Below, in pieces: positions 38,995-49,064 of a DNA stretch of 64,000 bases. Under the pieces are notes generated by a model, which saw only the letters and a program-made list of their open reading frames with translations, was not told the DNA's origin and searched no databases. Position 1 is the first letter of the stretch; every line of letters starts with the position of its first letter. Origin of the DNA: Candidatus Aenigmatarchaeota archaeon (GTDB lineage: Archaea; Aenigmatarchaeota; Aenigmatarchaeia; CG10238-14). The position numbers and the translations under genes were made by a program. Location: positions 1 through 64,000 of the forward strand of contig JAWBZR010000003.1 in the NCBI GenBank assembly GCA_044343545.1. The letters run 5' to 3'.

Positions 38995-39666
38995 CTAAAT
39001 AGGAACTCCTCTTGAACAACGATAACAATCAAAATTGTTTCCACATGGTTCTCGTACACAAATACCAAACCCACAGCTTTTAGAACATTCACCTAATGTT
39101 TGAAGACCACAAAAGCTACAAGGTACTATAGTTGGAGGTGTCGGTGTTGTAGATGTGATTATAGTAGGTCTAGTGGTTGTTGGTTGAGTTGTTGTGGGTA
39201 GGGTGGTTGTTGGTTGAGTTGTTGTGGGTAGGGTGGTTGTTGGTTGAGTTGTTGTGGGTAGGGTGGTTGTCGGAAGTGTAGTAACTGTATAAGCAACATA
39301 AGGAGAATAGTAAAACGTGAGTGTTTGAGAATAACCTTTGTTAAAAACCATTAATTTATGCATACCTTCACTTAAACTCCAACTTGCTATAACTCTACCA
39401 ACATTGTTTGGTTGAATACTTCCACCATCAATACTAAAACTTACTTGTGTGCCGTCTACAACAATCTTTAAATTATTCGCTAAAATAGGTTCGGTTCCCA
39501 AGTTAGAAATAACTATTATATTTCCAGATACTTCCAATATTTGAAATGCATTTTGTGTTTGCCTTTGTGCTATGTTGTTGATAAAAAAATATGCGCTCCC
39601 AGCTAAACCTATGGTTATAACTACGAGTAAAAGTGTGGCTATGACGCTTGAAATACCTTTTTTCAT
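38995..39666 (-). CDS. Archaeal type IV pilin with Thr/Pro-rich linker and Cys-rich tip
   Basis: MKKG/ISSVIATLLLVVITIGLAGSAY class III signal; ISNLG motif. Confidence 0.88.
   Translation of the reverse strand: MKKGISSVIATLLLVVITIGLAGSAYFFINNIAQRQTQNAFQILEVSGNIIVISNLGTEPILANNLKIVVDGTQVSFSIDGGSIQPNNVGRVIASWSLSEGMHKLMVFNKGYSQTLTFYYSPYVAYTVTTLPTTTLPTTTQPTTTLPTTTQPTTTLPTTTQPTTTRPTIITSTTPTPPTIVPCSFCGLQTLGECSKSCGFGICVREPCGNNFDCYRCSRGVPI
39173..39270. repeat. Coding tandem repeat, about 3.3 x 30 bp (TTLPTTTQPT)
   Basis: gtggttgttggttgagttgttgtgggtagg repeated identically. Confidence 0.9.
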
Positions 39667-39790
39667 GGTTATTTAATTTTTAATATTATCTTAGTAATAT
39701 TTAAAAACAACACACAAAAAATAATGCAACTTTATGGTGATAATTATTTAAAATTAATGTTTAAATATTTGTCAGAAATTAAGTGATTTT

Positions 39791-40876
39791 ATGGCCATAA
39801 AAACAGATTCGAAACAAAGTAGAACCAAAAAAATAGACGAAGAGTTGAAACAGCTTCTTGAGTCAAAATTCAACAAAATAAAAATAATAGGTTGCGGCGG
39901 GGCAGGAAATAATACGATCACTCGACTTATGGATGCTGGAATAGATGGTGCGGAAACTATCGCTATAAATACTGATGCGCAAGATTTAATTTACTCTGAA
40001 GCTCACACAAAAATATTGATAGGGAAGACTCTCACTAAGGGTTTGGGTGCTGGTGGGGATCCTCAAGTAGGAATGGAAGCAGCTAAAGAAAGCAAAGAAG
40101 AAATAAAAAAAGCTATAGAAGGAAGTGATATGATTTTCATTACTTGTGGCTTGGGTGGAGGAACCGGTACTGGTTCGGCACCAATAGTAGCTGAGATTGC
40201 AAAATCGATGAATATATTGACTGTTGCCGTGGTTACTTTACCCTTTAGCATGGAAGGTCAAGTGAGAATGAGAAATGCATTGCAAGGATTAAAACAATTG
40301 AGAAATAATGTGGACACGATTGTTATCATACCTAATGACAAGCTATTAGATGTTTTGCCAGATGTTTCCCTACATAAAGCTTTTAGGGCGTTGGATGAAA
40401 TATTGGTAAATGCTGTTAAAGGTTCTGTTGAGCTCATAACCACACCCGGATTGGTAAACTTGGATTTCGCTGATGTAAAAGCTGTTATGAAAGAAGGGGG
40501 ATTAGCGATGATTGGCTTAGGCGAAAGCAACTCGGAATCGAGAGCAATAGAAGCGATAAGCAAAGCAGTCAATTCACCTTTTTTGCCTGTTGATATAGAG
40601 GGTGCTAGTGGAGCGCTGATAAGCATAACTGGCGGATCTAATATGACTTTGGGTGAAGCAAACGAAATGGTAAAGTTTATTGCTGAAAAATTGGATGAAG
40701 ATGCTAAGATAATTTGGGGTGCGAAAATTGATGATTCTTTGAAAGATAAAATAAGAGCGATGGTTATAGTTACTGGAGTAAAAGAAAAAGAAGTTTATGG
40801 TCAAGTCAACATGATTCAAACTTTGAAAAAGAGTAATAGACTTGAAGAAATTTTGGGAATAAAGTTTGTAGGGTAA
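39791..40876 (+). CDS. ftsZ: Cell division protein FtsZ
   Basis: [25 protein letters not shown] tubulin signature and NLDFAD motifs. Confidence 0.98.
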   Translation: MAIKTDSKQSRTKKIDEELKQLLESKFNKIKIIGCGGAGNNTITRLMDAGIDGAETIAINTDAQDLIYSEAHTKILIGKTLTKGLGAGGDPQVGMEAAKESKEEIKKAIEGSDMIFITCGLGGGTGTGSAPIVAEIAKSMNILTVAVVTLPFSMEGQVRMRNALQGLKQLRNNVDTIVIIPNDKLLDVLPDVSLHKAFRALDEILVNAVKGSVELITTPGLVNLDFADVKAVMKEGGLAMIGLGESNSESRAIEAISKAVNSPFLPVDIEGASGALISITGGSNMTLGEANEMVKFIAEKLDEDAKIIWGAKIDDSLKDKIRAMVIVTGVKEKEVYGQVNMIQTLKKSNRLEEILGIKFVG

Positions 40877-40880
40877 AATT

Positions 40881-41439
40881 ATGACAGAATTAGATTTTGA
40901 CAAGTTAGAGGCATTTTTAATAGCTACTACACGTAGATTTTTAGATTATTTAGAAGAAGATCCTTCAATTAAAAGAATTAGTACACCCTACAGATCACAG
41001 AAGAAAAAAAGAGAAGGAGAGAAATTGCAAGAGAAAATTTAGAAAAATTTTTAAACTCTCCTCACGAAGAGCTTAATAGAATAAAACATTCAAATTTAGG
41101 TGTTAATATATTGTATCCATCACCAAATATAAAAAGAAGTCCCTCTTCATCTTCTAAGCTTAGGGATGGGAATGGTGGCTACAGCTATCTCCGGAAATCC
41201 TTTATATCTGCTTTCCCCTTTACCGTTTTTATTAATGAGTTATTTTTTTCCCCTACTCTCGTAGTGTACCTGAAGGTTATGAGATAGATGATGATATGGG
41301 CAATCATAAAATTCCATCAGGTATGAGATTGGTGTTTGGAAGGGAAAAACCTTGGTTAACAGGTTATCTCACCCAAATGGCTTTAAACCATTATCTAACT
41401 CGTGAAAATCCATACTATGAAATTCTTACACGCCTTTAA
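40881..41439 (+). pseudogene. Frameshifted hypothetical membrane protein
   Basis: Protein-like segments in successive frames (MTELDFDKLEAF..., EIARENLEKF..., EVPLHLLSLGMGMVATAISGNPLYLL..., YSRSVPEGYEID...) fill the gap after ftsZ; breaks occur at homopolymers. Confidence 0.5.
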
Positions 41440-43757
41440 ATATTTTTAAATCTAGAATGTCTCCAACCTTTACCTACTATATAGCCACTTTTTTTCAGTC
41501 GTGGATAATAAAACCATAATAATATTGCTAAAAATATCAAGGCCAATGCTATGGCCGTCCATTTGAAAAATGTAGCTACTGTTAAACCTGTAATTTCTCT
41601 CTTTTCTTGCAGTGTTGTCGTAGTAGAAACAGGTGTTGTTGTTATACTCTCCTTGACTTGCAAATACATCGTTTTGGCATAAGTTCTCGTGCCATATTCA
41701 GATTTTGAAGGAAATCTAAAGAAAATTTTGTAAGTGTAAATCTTTGCATTTTCAGGTATATGAATTTGCATCCTCATAATCTTTTCTTGTTTTGGCTGCA
41801 AAACATCGATTTCCTTTGGCTCGAACGCATACCATCTAACATCGAAGCCTTCACTATCAACTAAAGGATAGATATCATAAATTGGATAATCTAATGGATT
41901 GTAGAATTTTATTTCGATTGAAACTTTTTCGCCTTGTAAGAGCTCCACTTTGCTTGGCAGAGTGATGTTAATATCACCTTGCTCTCTAAAAATTAATGTG
42001 GTTGTCGTTCCTTCGCCAACCCTCCCTCTCGAATATTCGTAAGCTAGCTCGTAAGAAATCACATACGATTTCGATAACTGATTATTATTTTCATTCCTTT
42101 CAAACACACTATTTTGTTGATCGACTATTGCTTTGATTTCATGATGTCCTTTGGGTAAATTTTGAATCTCTAAATTTACTACATATTGCTGGTTTGCATC
42201 GAGAGATGGAATGTTTTTACTCTCAAGCAGCGTTGAATCAAACAAAACAACAAGATTAAAGTTTCTTGCAATGCCACTTCCTATGTTTTTGGCCGTGATC
42301 CTTACGTTTAGTTTTCCTCCTTCAGTTGGCTCATCCAAAAAATTTATTGATTCTATTGTTAAATCTGGCAAACCTATCAAAAAACCTCTATCATATATAT
42401 AATCATAATTACCATCTGCGTCTATGTCTATAGCATACACCCCATATTCTTTCATAAACACATTAGTTATCATTCCTCTACTAGGATCCCAATATTTTTC
42501 ATAAATTCCATCCTTACCCAAATCTACCAAAAATTGTCTTGAATTATCGCCATACACGTTTATTGGCAACAAATTATAATCTCCGATGAATGGTTGTGTG
42601 GGGAGGATGTACTCGTTATTTAATAACCAATTTACGGAATTCTTGAACATCAACTCAACATCGTCTGTCCAATAGATCGGCTCCGCTATGCCAAAAAAAA
42701 CTATCCTTGCTGAAGTGATATTATTATTTAACAACAAAGTTCCTGGCTCTGCGTAAGCTATAACAGCATAGTTGCTTGAGCTGGTTAAAGAAGCTGCGAC
42801 AGATAAAGGTGAGCGAAACAGCTCCACGTTTAAAACTGGTTGATTGTTAATTATATGCGCTCTTACCCTTGCATTTAATTGATAACCGTGAAGCATTGTT
42901 GAATTATCCACTATAGTTATGTAAGTGGGGTTGCTCGAAAAAACACTACCAATAGCTCCTGGATGGACCCAACCAAAATCATCTGGATACACAGAATCTA
43001 TGACCAAAGTGGGTTTACTATTAACAGGCAAAGAAGCGACAAAACTGTCCAGATGCTCGCTTGCATACACATTCGAAGGTCTTCCTGCTATTATTATTGC
43101 TGAAAAAGAATTAAAGTCATAATTTTTATAATTAGAGTTGTCTATTAGCATTACATCATGATGCATGTCTTTCAATATTCTATGAATTCTGTATTCGTGC
43201 ACATAATCTAAATCGGTTGAGTTTTTCACTATTAAAGCAATGTTTGCTGCTTGAGTTAGAGGTAAAAACATCAAAAGAAGCATCAAAATCTTACCTTTTT
43301 TTGTACGCATAAACATCAAGATGGCTAAAAGGATCAAGGGCAATAAAAGAAAGTAGTAAGGTGGATTGCTTGATTTTTTTTCACCTGAAGCTATTATTAT
43401 TATTTCTGACTGCAAGGCAACCGGAATTTCACCTTCTTTTGTGTAGGTGACTACCACGCCTCCCTCGTATATTCCAGGTTTATCAACAATTAAAGTAAAG
43501 TTTTCTTGTCTCAATTCTCCCGGTTTTAATTCAATCTTTTTCGAAATGCGAATTTTGTCTGTAATATTTCCTATGGGAGTAAAGCTCACGTTGACGGTTT
43601 CGTTGTTATTATTTTTCACTTCTATGAAACCATGCCAACTGTTGGTTTGCGTTAAATTTATTCTTGCAATCATCCTTGGCGGTCTTACATAAACTTCTAA
43701 AGCGTAAACAAAAGATATGCTTAAAAGTAGTAATAGGAGGATTAATTTCCATCTCAT
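41436..43757 (-). CDS. Surface protein: PapD-like Ig domain + TM + internal second signal peptide + GATase-like domain + CARDB + C-terminal TM
   Basis: MRWKLILLLLLLSISFVYA signal; LPDLTI...VDQQNSVFERNENNN CARDB motif; start reassigned to ATG at 43757. Confidence 0.75.
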   Translation of the reverse strand: MRWKLILLLLLLSISFVYALEVYVRPPRMIARINLTQTNSWHGFIEVKNNNNETVNVSFTPIGNITDKIRISKKIELKPGELRQENFTLIVDKPGIYEGGVVVTYTKEGEIPVALQSEIIIIASGEKKSSNPPYYFLLLPLILLAILMFMRTKKGKILMLLLMFLPLTQAANIALIVKNSTDLDYVHEYRIHRILKDMHHDVMLIDNSNYKNYDFNSFSAIIIAGRPSNVYASEHLDSFVASLPVNSKPTLVIDSVYPDDFGWVHPGAIGSVFSSNPTYITIVDNSTMLHGYQLNARVRAHIINNQPVLNVELFRSPLSVAASLTSSSNYAVIAYAEPGTLLLNNNITSARIVFFGIAEPIYWTDDVELMFKNSVNWLLNNEYILPTQPFIGDYNLLPINVYGDNSRQFLVDLGKDGIYEKYWDPSRGMITNVFMKEYGVYAIDIDADGNYDYIYDRGFLIGLPDLTIESINFLDEPTEGGKLNVRITAKNIGSGIARNFNLVVLFDSTLLESKNIPSLDANQQYVVNLEIQNLPKGHHEIKAIVDQQNSVFERNENNNQLSKSYVISYELAYEYSRGRVGEGTTTTLIFREQGDINITLPSKVELLQGEKVSIEIKFYNPLDYPIYDIYPLVDSEGFDVRWYAFEPKEIDVLQPKQEKIMRMQIHIPENAKIYTYKIFFRFPSKSEYGTRTYAKTMYLQVKESITTTPVSTTTTLQEKREITGLTVATFFKWTAIALALIFLAILLWFYYPRLKKSGYIVGKGWRHSRFKNI

Positions 43758-43859
43758 ATTCTTCACAACTGATGTATAGTAAAAAATTAAAGTATTTAAA
43801 ATTTGATTTAACGCTATTCGATAGAAAAATTTTTTCATTAACATTTGCATATTTCATAC

Positions 43860-44321
43860 ATGGACGTGTTTTTAAGATTGTTAGATGTCTTGCTGGAAGC
43901 AAAAGTAGAATTTACTATAATGTCTCATGAACCTGTAACTACTTCAGAAGAAGCTGCAAAAGTGAGAGGAACTACTCTTGAAAGTGGTGCTAAAGCAATA
44001 ATAGCAAAGACAGACAGATTTTTTATGCTTGTCTTGCCTTCCAACTTGAAAGTGGATTCAAAGAAAATTAAAAAGATTTTTGAAACCAAGAATTTTAGAT
44101 TTGCCACGGAAGAAGAATTATATAAGCTGACATCATGCAAAAAAGGCGCTGTTCCTCCGTTTGGTTTTCTTTTTGGTTTGGACACTATTGTTGATGAAGA
44201 ATTGTTGAAACAAAAGGAAATAAATTTTAATGCTGGAAGAAATGACAAATCAATTAACATGAAACTAGAAGATTATCTGAAAATTGTAAAACCAAAAATA
44301 GAAAAATTCAGCCAAGATTAA
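43860..44321 (+). CDS. YbaK/ProX-family aminoacyl-tRNA deacylase
   Basis: HEPVTTSEEAA, GAKAII, GAVPPFG and FNAG motifs. Confidence 0.88.
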   Translation: MDVFLRLLDVLLEAKVEFTIMSHEPVTTSEEAAKVRGTTLESGAKAIIAKTDRFFMLVLPSNLKVDSKKIKKIFETKNFRFATEEELYKLTSCKKGAVPPFGFLFGLDTIVDEELLKQKEINFNAGRNDKSINMKLEDYLKIVKPKIEKFSQD

Positions 44322-45784
44322 CGTTTTTTATTGCTCATTGCCCTTTCTCTTATTTCCTTTATGACTTTCTTTCTTATTTTTTCGTCTATGTCTCTTTTCG
44401 GCTTCACAGGCAGCTCGACTTGCTTTTCATCTTCTGGTTCTTTAATTTTTATCTCGACGAAATCTTCCGCATAATCTTTTTCTTCTTCAGGAAATGCGTA
44501 TACCGAGCCTTTTGATTTTTTCTTTTCGCTTATTAGAGGTAAAGCTGCAAGTGATACTAGCAACACTATAGGTATCGCAGCAAGATACCAATAATTGCTT
44601 GCAAGTTGCCCTGCTCTTGCAAAGAATCCTGTAGATTCTTGTTTTTGTTGAATAGTTGTAGTTGTTGTTGCTAAAGTTGTTATGACTTTTTCTGTTACAG
44701 CCAAAGTCATTGATTTTTCATAATTCACTCCAGTTTTTGCAACTAGCTTGAATACATATGATTCTGGTTTAGTGTTTTCTGGAACTTTAATAGTAACTGT
44801 AAGGTTTACAGTTTCGCCTTTTCTTATTGTTTGCACGGATGATGGTGTTATGGTAAACCAATTTACATCCAATCCGGCAACTTGAAAATCGACATTATTC
44901 AAATCTTTAGCTGCATAAAAACTTCCCTTGATGGTTTTTTCTCCTCCTGTTTGGACTTGAATGAACGATGGAAAATCATAAAAACCTGTAGACTTTCCTG
45001 AGCTACTGCTACTGCTACTAGACCATCCACTGCCACTACTGCTACTGCTCGAACCTGAAGTACCGCTTGAAGGTGTATTTTGAATAATTTCCACGGTTGT
45101 TGTAGTTGTTGTTAACACTAAGGTTGTTGTAGTTGTAGTTGCTACAGTCCTGCAATAACCTGTAGTTGGTGAACCAACCCATTCACAACCAGGTATTAAA
45201 TTACATGTGGCAAAACTCCTTCCATTACAATTGGAAGTTTGCTGGAGAGTTGTGGTGGTTGTTAATTGAGTTGTTGTAGGAGATGTTGAAACATATGTAG
45301 TTGAAGTAGTTGTCGTAGGAGATGAAGACGAGCCCGTACAGTAGCCTGATATGCCTATGGATATCCAAATACAACCGGCTGCTCTACAGGCTGAAGAAGT
45401 TGTATAACTTGAGCAATCTCCTCCCTGCTGAAGAGTGGTGGTAGTGGTTGTGCTATAAGATCCTGAAGTTGCATAAACATAACATTGCAAGCTTGCAGAA
45501 ATATTTGTTACAGCATCTGCATAGGTGACAAGCACTTGCGCCGCCATATTTGATGGCGCTCTAAATTCTACAAGTTGAGACGCACCGGGAGCTAATTGAA
45601 AATTATTTGGAGAAGCTGAAATAGGCGTTCCTAAAGTGTTTATAAAAACTCTTACTGGCACGAAATCTCTGTTGTAAAACCTGTAGTTGCCGGGAGATTC
45701 TGGAGTACCGCAAGATACAGTAACTGCTAAAACTGGATGTAGCATTGCCAAAATCACGAAAATTAATGAAAAATACTTTTTCAT
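44318..45784 (-). CDS. Surface protein with PapD-like Ig domain, Cys-rich repeats, Thr/Ser linkers and C-terminal TM
   Basis: Signal peptide; AVTVSCG..; SPNNFQLAPGASQLVEF; two C-x7/8-C-x4/5-C-x-W...G-Y-C modules; paralogue of 49065-49916. Confidence 0.7.
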   Translation of the reverse strand: MKKYFSLIFVILAMLHPVLAVTVSCGTPESPGNYRFYNRDFVPVRVFINTLGTPISASPNNFQLAPGASQLVEFRAPSNMAAQVLVTYADAVTNISASLQCYVYATSGSYSTTTTTTLQQGGDCSSYTTSSACRAAGCIWISIGISGYCTGSSSSPTTTTSTTYVSTSPTTTQLTTTTTLQQTSNCNGRSFATCNLIPGCEWVGSPTTGYCRTVATTTTTTLVLTTTTTTVEIIQNTPSSGTSGSSSSSSGSGWSSSSSSSSGKSTGFYDFPSFIQVQTGGEKTIKGSFYAAKDLNNVDFQVAGLDVNWFTITPSSVQTIRKGETVNLTVTIKVPENTKPESYVFKLVAKTGVNYEKSMTLAVTEKVITTLATTTTTIQQKQESTGFFARAGQLASNYWYLAAIPIVLLVSLAALPLISEKKKSKGSVYAFPEEEKDYAEDFVEIKIKEPEDEKQVELPVKPKRDIDEKIRKKVIKEIRERAMSNKKR

Positions 45785-45860
45785 TTTCTCACCACTGATT
45801 TATCACTTTAAAGAAATAAGGATTTATATTTTATTTGAAAATTTTATAGAAATTTTTTTT

Positions 45861-46313
45861 CTATTTTAACCAACAATACCAATCTGCCTGCTTAAAGTCT
45901 TTCGGCCTATCGAACCCTTTTATGTAAGGTTTTATATCTATGACAGGTGTTTTGTCTATTGCATCCAGACCTTTAACATACAATACATTTTTTTGCACTT
46001 TTTGCAGCCTTACCAATCTTAGCCCAATCTTATTTGGCCTATATTGACTTCTTGAAGCAAATACACCTACTTTTGGTAGCTCTTTTACTGTTATTGGTCC
46101 GGGATATGTTTCTATTTCTATTTTTTTGGCTTTGTGAAGATAATATATTACAAATATATGAGAAAATTTTTCTATACCTTTCAGGCCCGATTCATATTTT
46201 TTGTTAATCACTATCTTTGATATGGTTTTTGTTGCCAACCCTTTTTCGCAAGCTTCCCATGCTTGCTGAGGTGTTTTATAGCTTGAAGAAACGTAACCTA
46301 TTGGAGTTTTCAT
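45861..46313 (-). CDS. trmO: tRNA m6t6A37 methyltransferase TrmO/TsaA family
   Basis: PIGYV, GVFASRSQYRPNKIG and GLDAIDKTPVIDIKPY motifs. Confidence 0.88.
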   Translation of the reverse strand: MKTPIGYVSSSYKTPQQAWEACEKGLATKTISKIVINKKYESGLKGIEKFSHIFVIYYLHKAKKIEIETYPGPITVKELPKVGVFASRSQYRPNKIGLRLVRLQKVQKNVLYVKGLDAIDKTPVIDIKPYIKGFDRPKDFKQADWYCWLK

Positions 46314-46380
46314 AAAAACAATATTTTAGTAAAAAATAAAAAAATAAAAAGGCCAAGAGAGTTACAAAGTTCTAGCAACT

Positions 46381-47427
46381 TTAGATTGCTTTACCAAATA
46401 CCATTATTTGGCCCTGTGTGAAGGTACCAATGCATGGCATTGGATACGTTAACTTGAATTCTACTTCTGCCAATCCACCGTTTGTTAATATGTTATCTGC
46501 TGGTGATGGTGATAATCCATTGCCTCTGAATGTCAATGGACTACCTCCATAGCATGTGTTTTCAGTCCAGCTAATTACACATTGTGCGTTTTGATTGTAT
46601 TCTGTCATTTGTCTCCAGCCATCTTCTCCTTGCCATTGAGAGCCAGACCAACCTCTGTATTTCATGTATGTCTCAACATCTATCTTGTTTGTATCTGGAC
46701 ATTTTGATGCACCGTTCGGATCATACAAATCTGTAGCGGCTATATACATCCACATGTTAACGCCGCCTTCTGCTGTGTTTCTTACTTGTAGTCTATTCAA
46801 AGAGTGCACTGTTCTTTCTTCTGGTGTATCAGCTCCATATGGTAGAGGTTCAAATCTTATTGGTTGTCCGTCATTTGTGGACACAGATAGAGACAATACT
46901 GGATTGAAATACCATGTCTCTACGTGTGTTCCGTCTGTTGGCACATTAGCAGAGTTGTAGGCTGTTAGCTTGACTTCGGTATAGCCATACCATTGTGGCT
47001 CTACCGTTATCAAGCATTCAAATGCTTTATCTGTTTCAAGATTTACCTCGCCCATGCCGTTGCATGTCATGTTTTTTGGCAAGCTAACTGGGTTGCACAC
47101 TACTTCTGGGTTACCTCCAACTCTTGCCTTTAGCCAACCAATATCCAATGCACCATTAGGATCCCTTACTATGGCAAAAAGTTGAATTTGCTCGCCTGTA
47201 AAGGCATAAGAGCTTACTCTGTAGTCAAATGGGTTTATGCTTGCACCGGATCCTAAAGATGCATTTGCTCCTATTGTTATATTTCTGTCATATACGCAGA
47301 TTCTTGGTGTTTGGTCGCCAGGGCCTGCGCTTGCTCCCACGCCGCCGACTGCTACATCAGCAGCTACTAGGGAAACTACCATAGTTGCTAGAACCAAAGA
47401 TACTACCAATGCTGCTAAATATTTCAT
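46381..47427 (-). CDS. Secreted beta-rich protein, putative fibre subunit (paralogue B)
   Basis: Signal peptide, no TM anchor; shares YAFTGEQI, VRDPNG, QPIRF, NTAE.GVN.W and YP.PCIGTF with 50040-51065; strong SD. Confidence 0.7.
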   Translation of the reverse strand: MKYLAALVVSLVLATMVVSLVAADVAVGGVGASAGPGDQTPRICVYDRNITIGANASLGSGASINPFDYRVSSYAFTGEQIQLFAIVRDPNGALDIGWLKARVGGNPEVVCNPVSLPKNMTCNGMGEVNLETDKAFECLITVEPQWYGYTEVKLTAYNSANVPTDGTHVETWYFNPVLSLSVSTNDGQPIRFEPLPYGADTPEERTVHSLNRLQVRNTAEGGVNMWMYIAATDLYDPNGASKCPDTNKIDVETYMKYRGWSGSQWQGEDGWRQMTEYNQNAQCVISWTENTCYGGSPLTFRGNGLSPSPADNILTNGGLAEVEFKLTYPMPCIGTFTQGQIMVFGKAI

Positions 47428-47640
47428 CTTTGGTTCACCCCTAATAAGAAATAGATGAGATATTAATTATTTAAACTTAATTCGACATAAAATTTAAGAT
47501 TTTAGCTTATAAATAATAAAAAACTCATTTCTTAAACAAATAAGCATTTTTAACACTTTTTATTAAATTTATTTCTATTTTTTTTGAGTTTTTTTATATT
47601 ATATATGAAAAATCTGTAACCACTTTACAGTTGCTATTAA

Positions 47641-48297
47641 TTATTGACATTTCGATACAAACGTGGAAAATATGCAAAATCCTAGTATTGATCTGCCTAG
47701 GCACTTTCTCTCACATACATTGCTGCAACATTCGCTGTTACTTTGACAAAATTGTCCTTTTATTAAACAAGATTGAATTTGTTGTGTGGTTGTTGTTACA
47801 GTCGTTAAAGTTGTTTGTGCCATATAATCCTTGTTAACACATCTTCCCATTACCATATCGCCTATCCATTTACAGTCATGGCTGGAGACGCATAGAGAAA
47901 AAGATCTTTTATTGCAAGAAGATATCGTGGTTGTAGAAAACTGGGTAGTTTCGGTTGTTGTAAATACAGTTGTTTGAGTTGCAATCTCTTCTGACTCATT
48001 TGTTATTTTATAGGCTCTAAACAAACTTGCACCAAATACAATATCTCCAGGTAAAACCCTAAAACCAAATGAGCTACCAACATCGTTTGCATACTTACAT
48101 ACCCCAGGAGTACAAGTCATTACCAAACGAGGTGGTGTTATATTTCTACTCATAGAGTCTACTTCTTCATATAGCTCACATCTTTCAGCATCATTAGGGC
48201 AAACAAAGTATGGATGAGATGTGTAAGCTGAATATATTTCTGTCTTTTTTGCAAACACTAGTGGTATTAGCAATATTAAAATCAATAATTTTTTCAT
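47641..48297 (-). CDS. Secreted Cys-rich protein with Thr-rich linkers and knottin-like C-terminus
   Basis: Signal peptide; CNKRSFSLC..CKWIG..GRC module; CLIKGQFCQSNSECCSNVC. Confidence 0.7.
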   Translation of the reverse strand: MKKLLILILLIPLVFAKKTEIYSAYTSHPYFVCPNDAERCELYEEVDSMSRNITPPRLVMTCTPGVCKYANDVGSSFGFRVLPGDIVFGASLFRAYKITNESEEIATQTTVFTTTETTQFSTTTISSCNKRSFSLCVSSHDCKWIGDMVMGRCVNKDYMAQTTLTTVTTTTQQIQSCLIKGQFCQSNSECCSNVCERKCLGRSILGFCIFSTFVSKCQ

Positions 48298-48352
48298 AGT
48301 CTTTTATTGGATGATGAGATTTTTAATGAGATAAGGAATTAAAATAGAAAAT

Positions 48353-48748
48353 TCAGATATTTTTGTTTACAAATTTTTTTGCTTCTTTTATAAAATACTC
48401 TGCCTCCTTGATCAAAAGCTCTACTTCATCCTTCTCTATTACAACATTTAGATAATAGTCAGCACTTTCTCTTAATTCAAAAGATTTTCTTAATATTTTA
48501 CCCATTTTTTTATCTGCTTTTTTTTCTTTAACTATTTTTGAGCCAAACTCGGAAATTAACCCTGCGTGTGTTTTGGCATCATATCCGATTGCATTGAGCA
48601 TAGCTTTGGCAGCATAAAACAAAGAGTAATATATTCTATTTGCAGCATCCTCTATTAAATCTTTGCTTAAGAGCAATTTCGCAGCTGACAGCCTTTTTTC
48701 TGCCTTCTCAATTTCTCCTTTTATTATATCTTTTGTAATTTCATTCAT
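48353..48748 (-). CDS. HEPN-domain protein
   Basis: AANRIYYSLFYAAKA, KTHAG and LRESADY motifs. Confidence 0.88.
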   Translation of the reverse strand: MNEITKDIIKGEIEKAEKRLSAAKLLLSKDLIEDAANRIYYSLFYAAKAMLNAIGYDAKTHAGLISEFGSKIVKEKKADKKMGKILRKSFELRESADYYLNVVIEKDEVELLIKEAEYFIKEAKKFVNKNI

Positions 48749-49040
48749 TGTAAATCACCCTGCCTTTGATTATTTCAAGCACAAAAGGATCTTTTTTATT
48801 TATCTTTTTGTAAAAATCATCTTTGGTAAAAAATTTTAGAGAAACAACTTTACCATACTTGAATAATATCTTATCAGCAATTTTTTCAGCCTTTTGCTTA
48901 ATTTTTTTATTATTAGAAATTATTGCTAAATCTATATCCGAATCAAGCCTATAGTTGCCCCTGGCAACAGAACCGAACAATATTATAGTTGCCTTTAATC
49001 CTTCAAACTCTTTTATTATGTTTTTATGATATTTTAGCAT
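48741..49040 (-). CDS. Minimal nucleotidyltransferase (MNT) antitoxin
   Basis: ILFGSVARG....SDIDL; overlaps the HEPN gene. Confidence 0.9.
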   Translation of the reverse strand: MLKYHKNIIKEFEGLKATIILFGSVARGNYRLDSDIDLAIISNNKKIKQKAEKIADKILFKYGKVVSLKFFTKDDFYKKINKKDPFVLEIIKGRVIYNE

Positions 49041-49064
49041 AATTATATTTTTTTACTTTAATAA

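Noticed and set aside
48305..48360. ATGATGA as the start of a C/D sRNA
   Set aside because: No convincing D boxes or guide complementarity; the motif is expected by chance in AT-rich DNA
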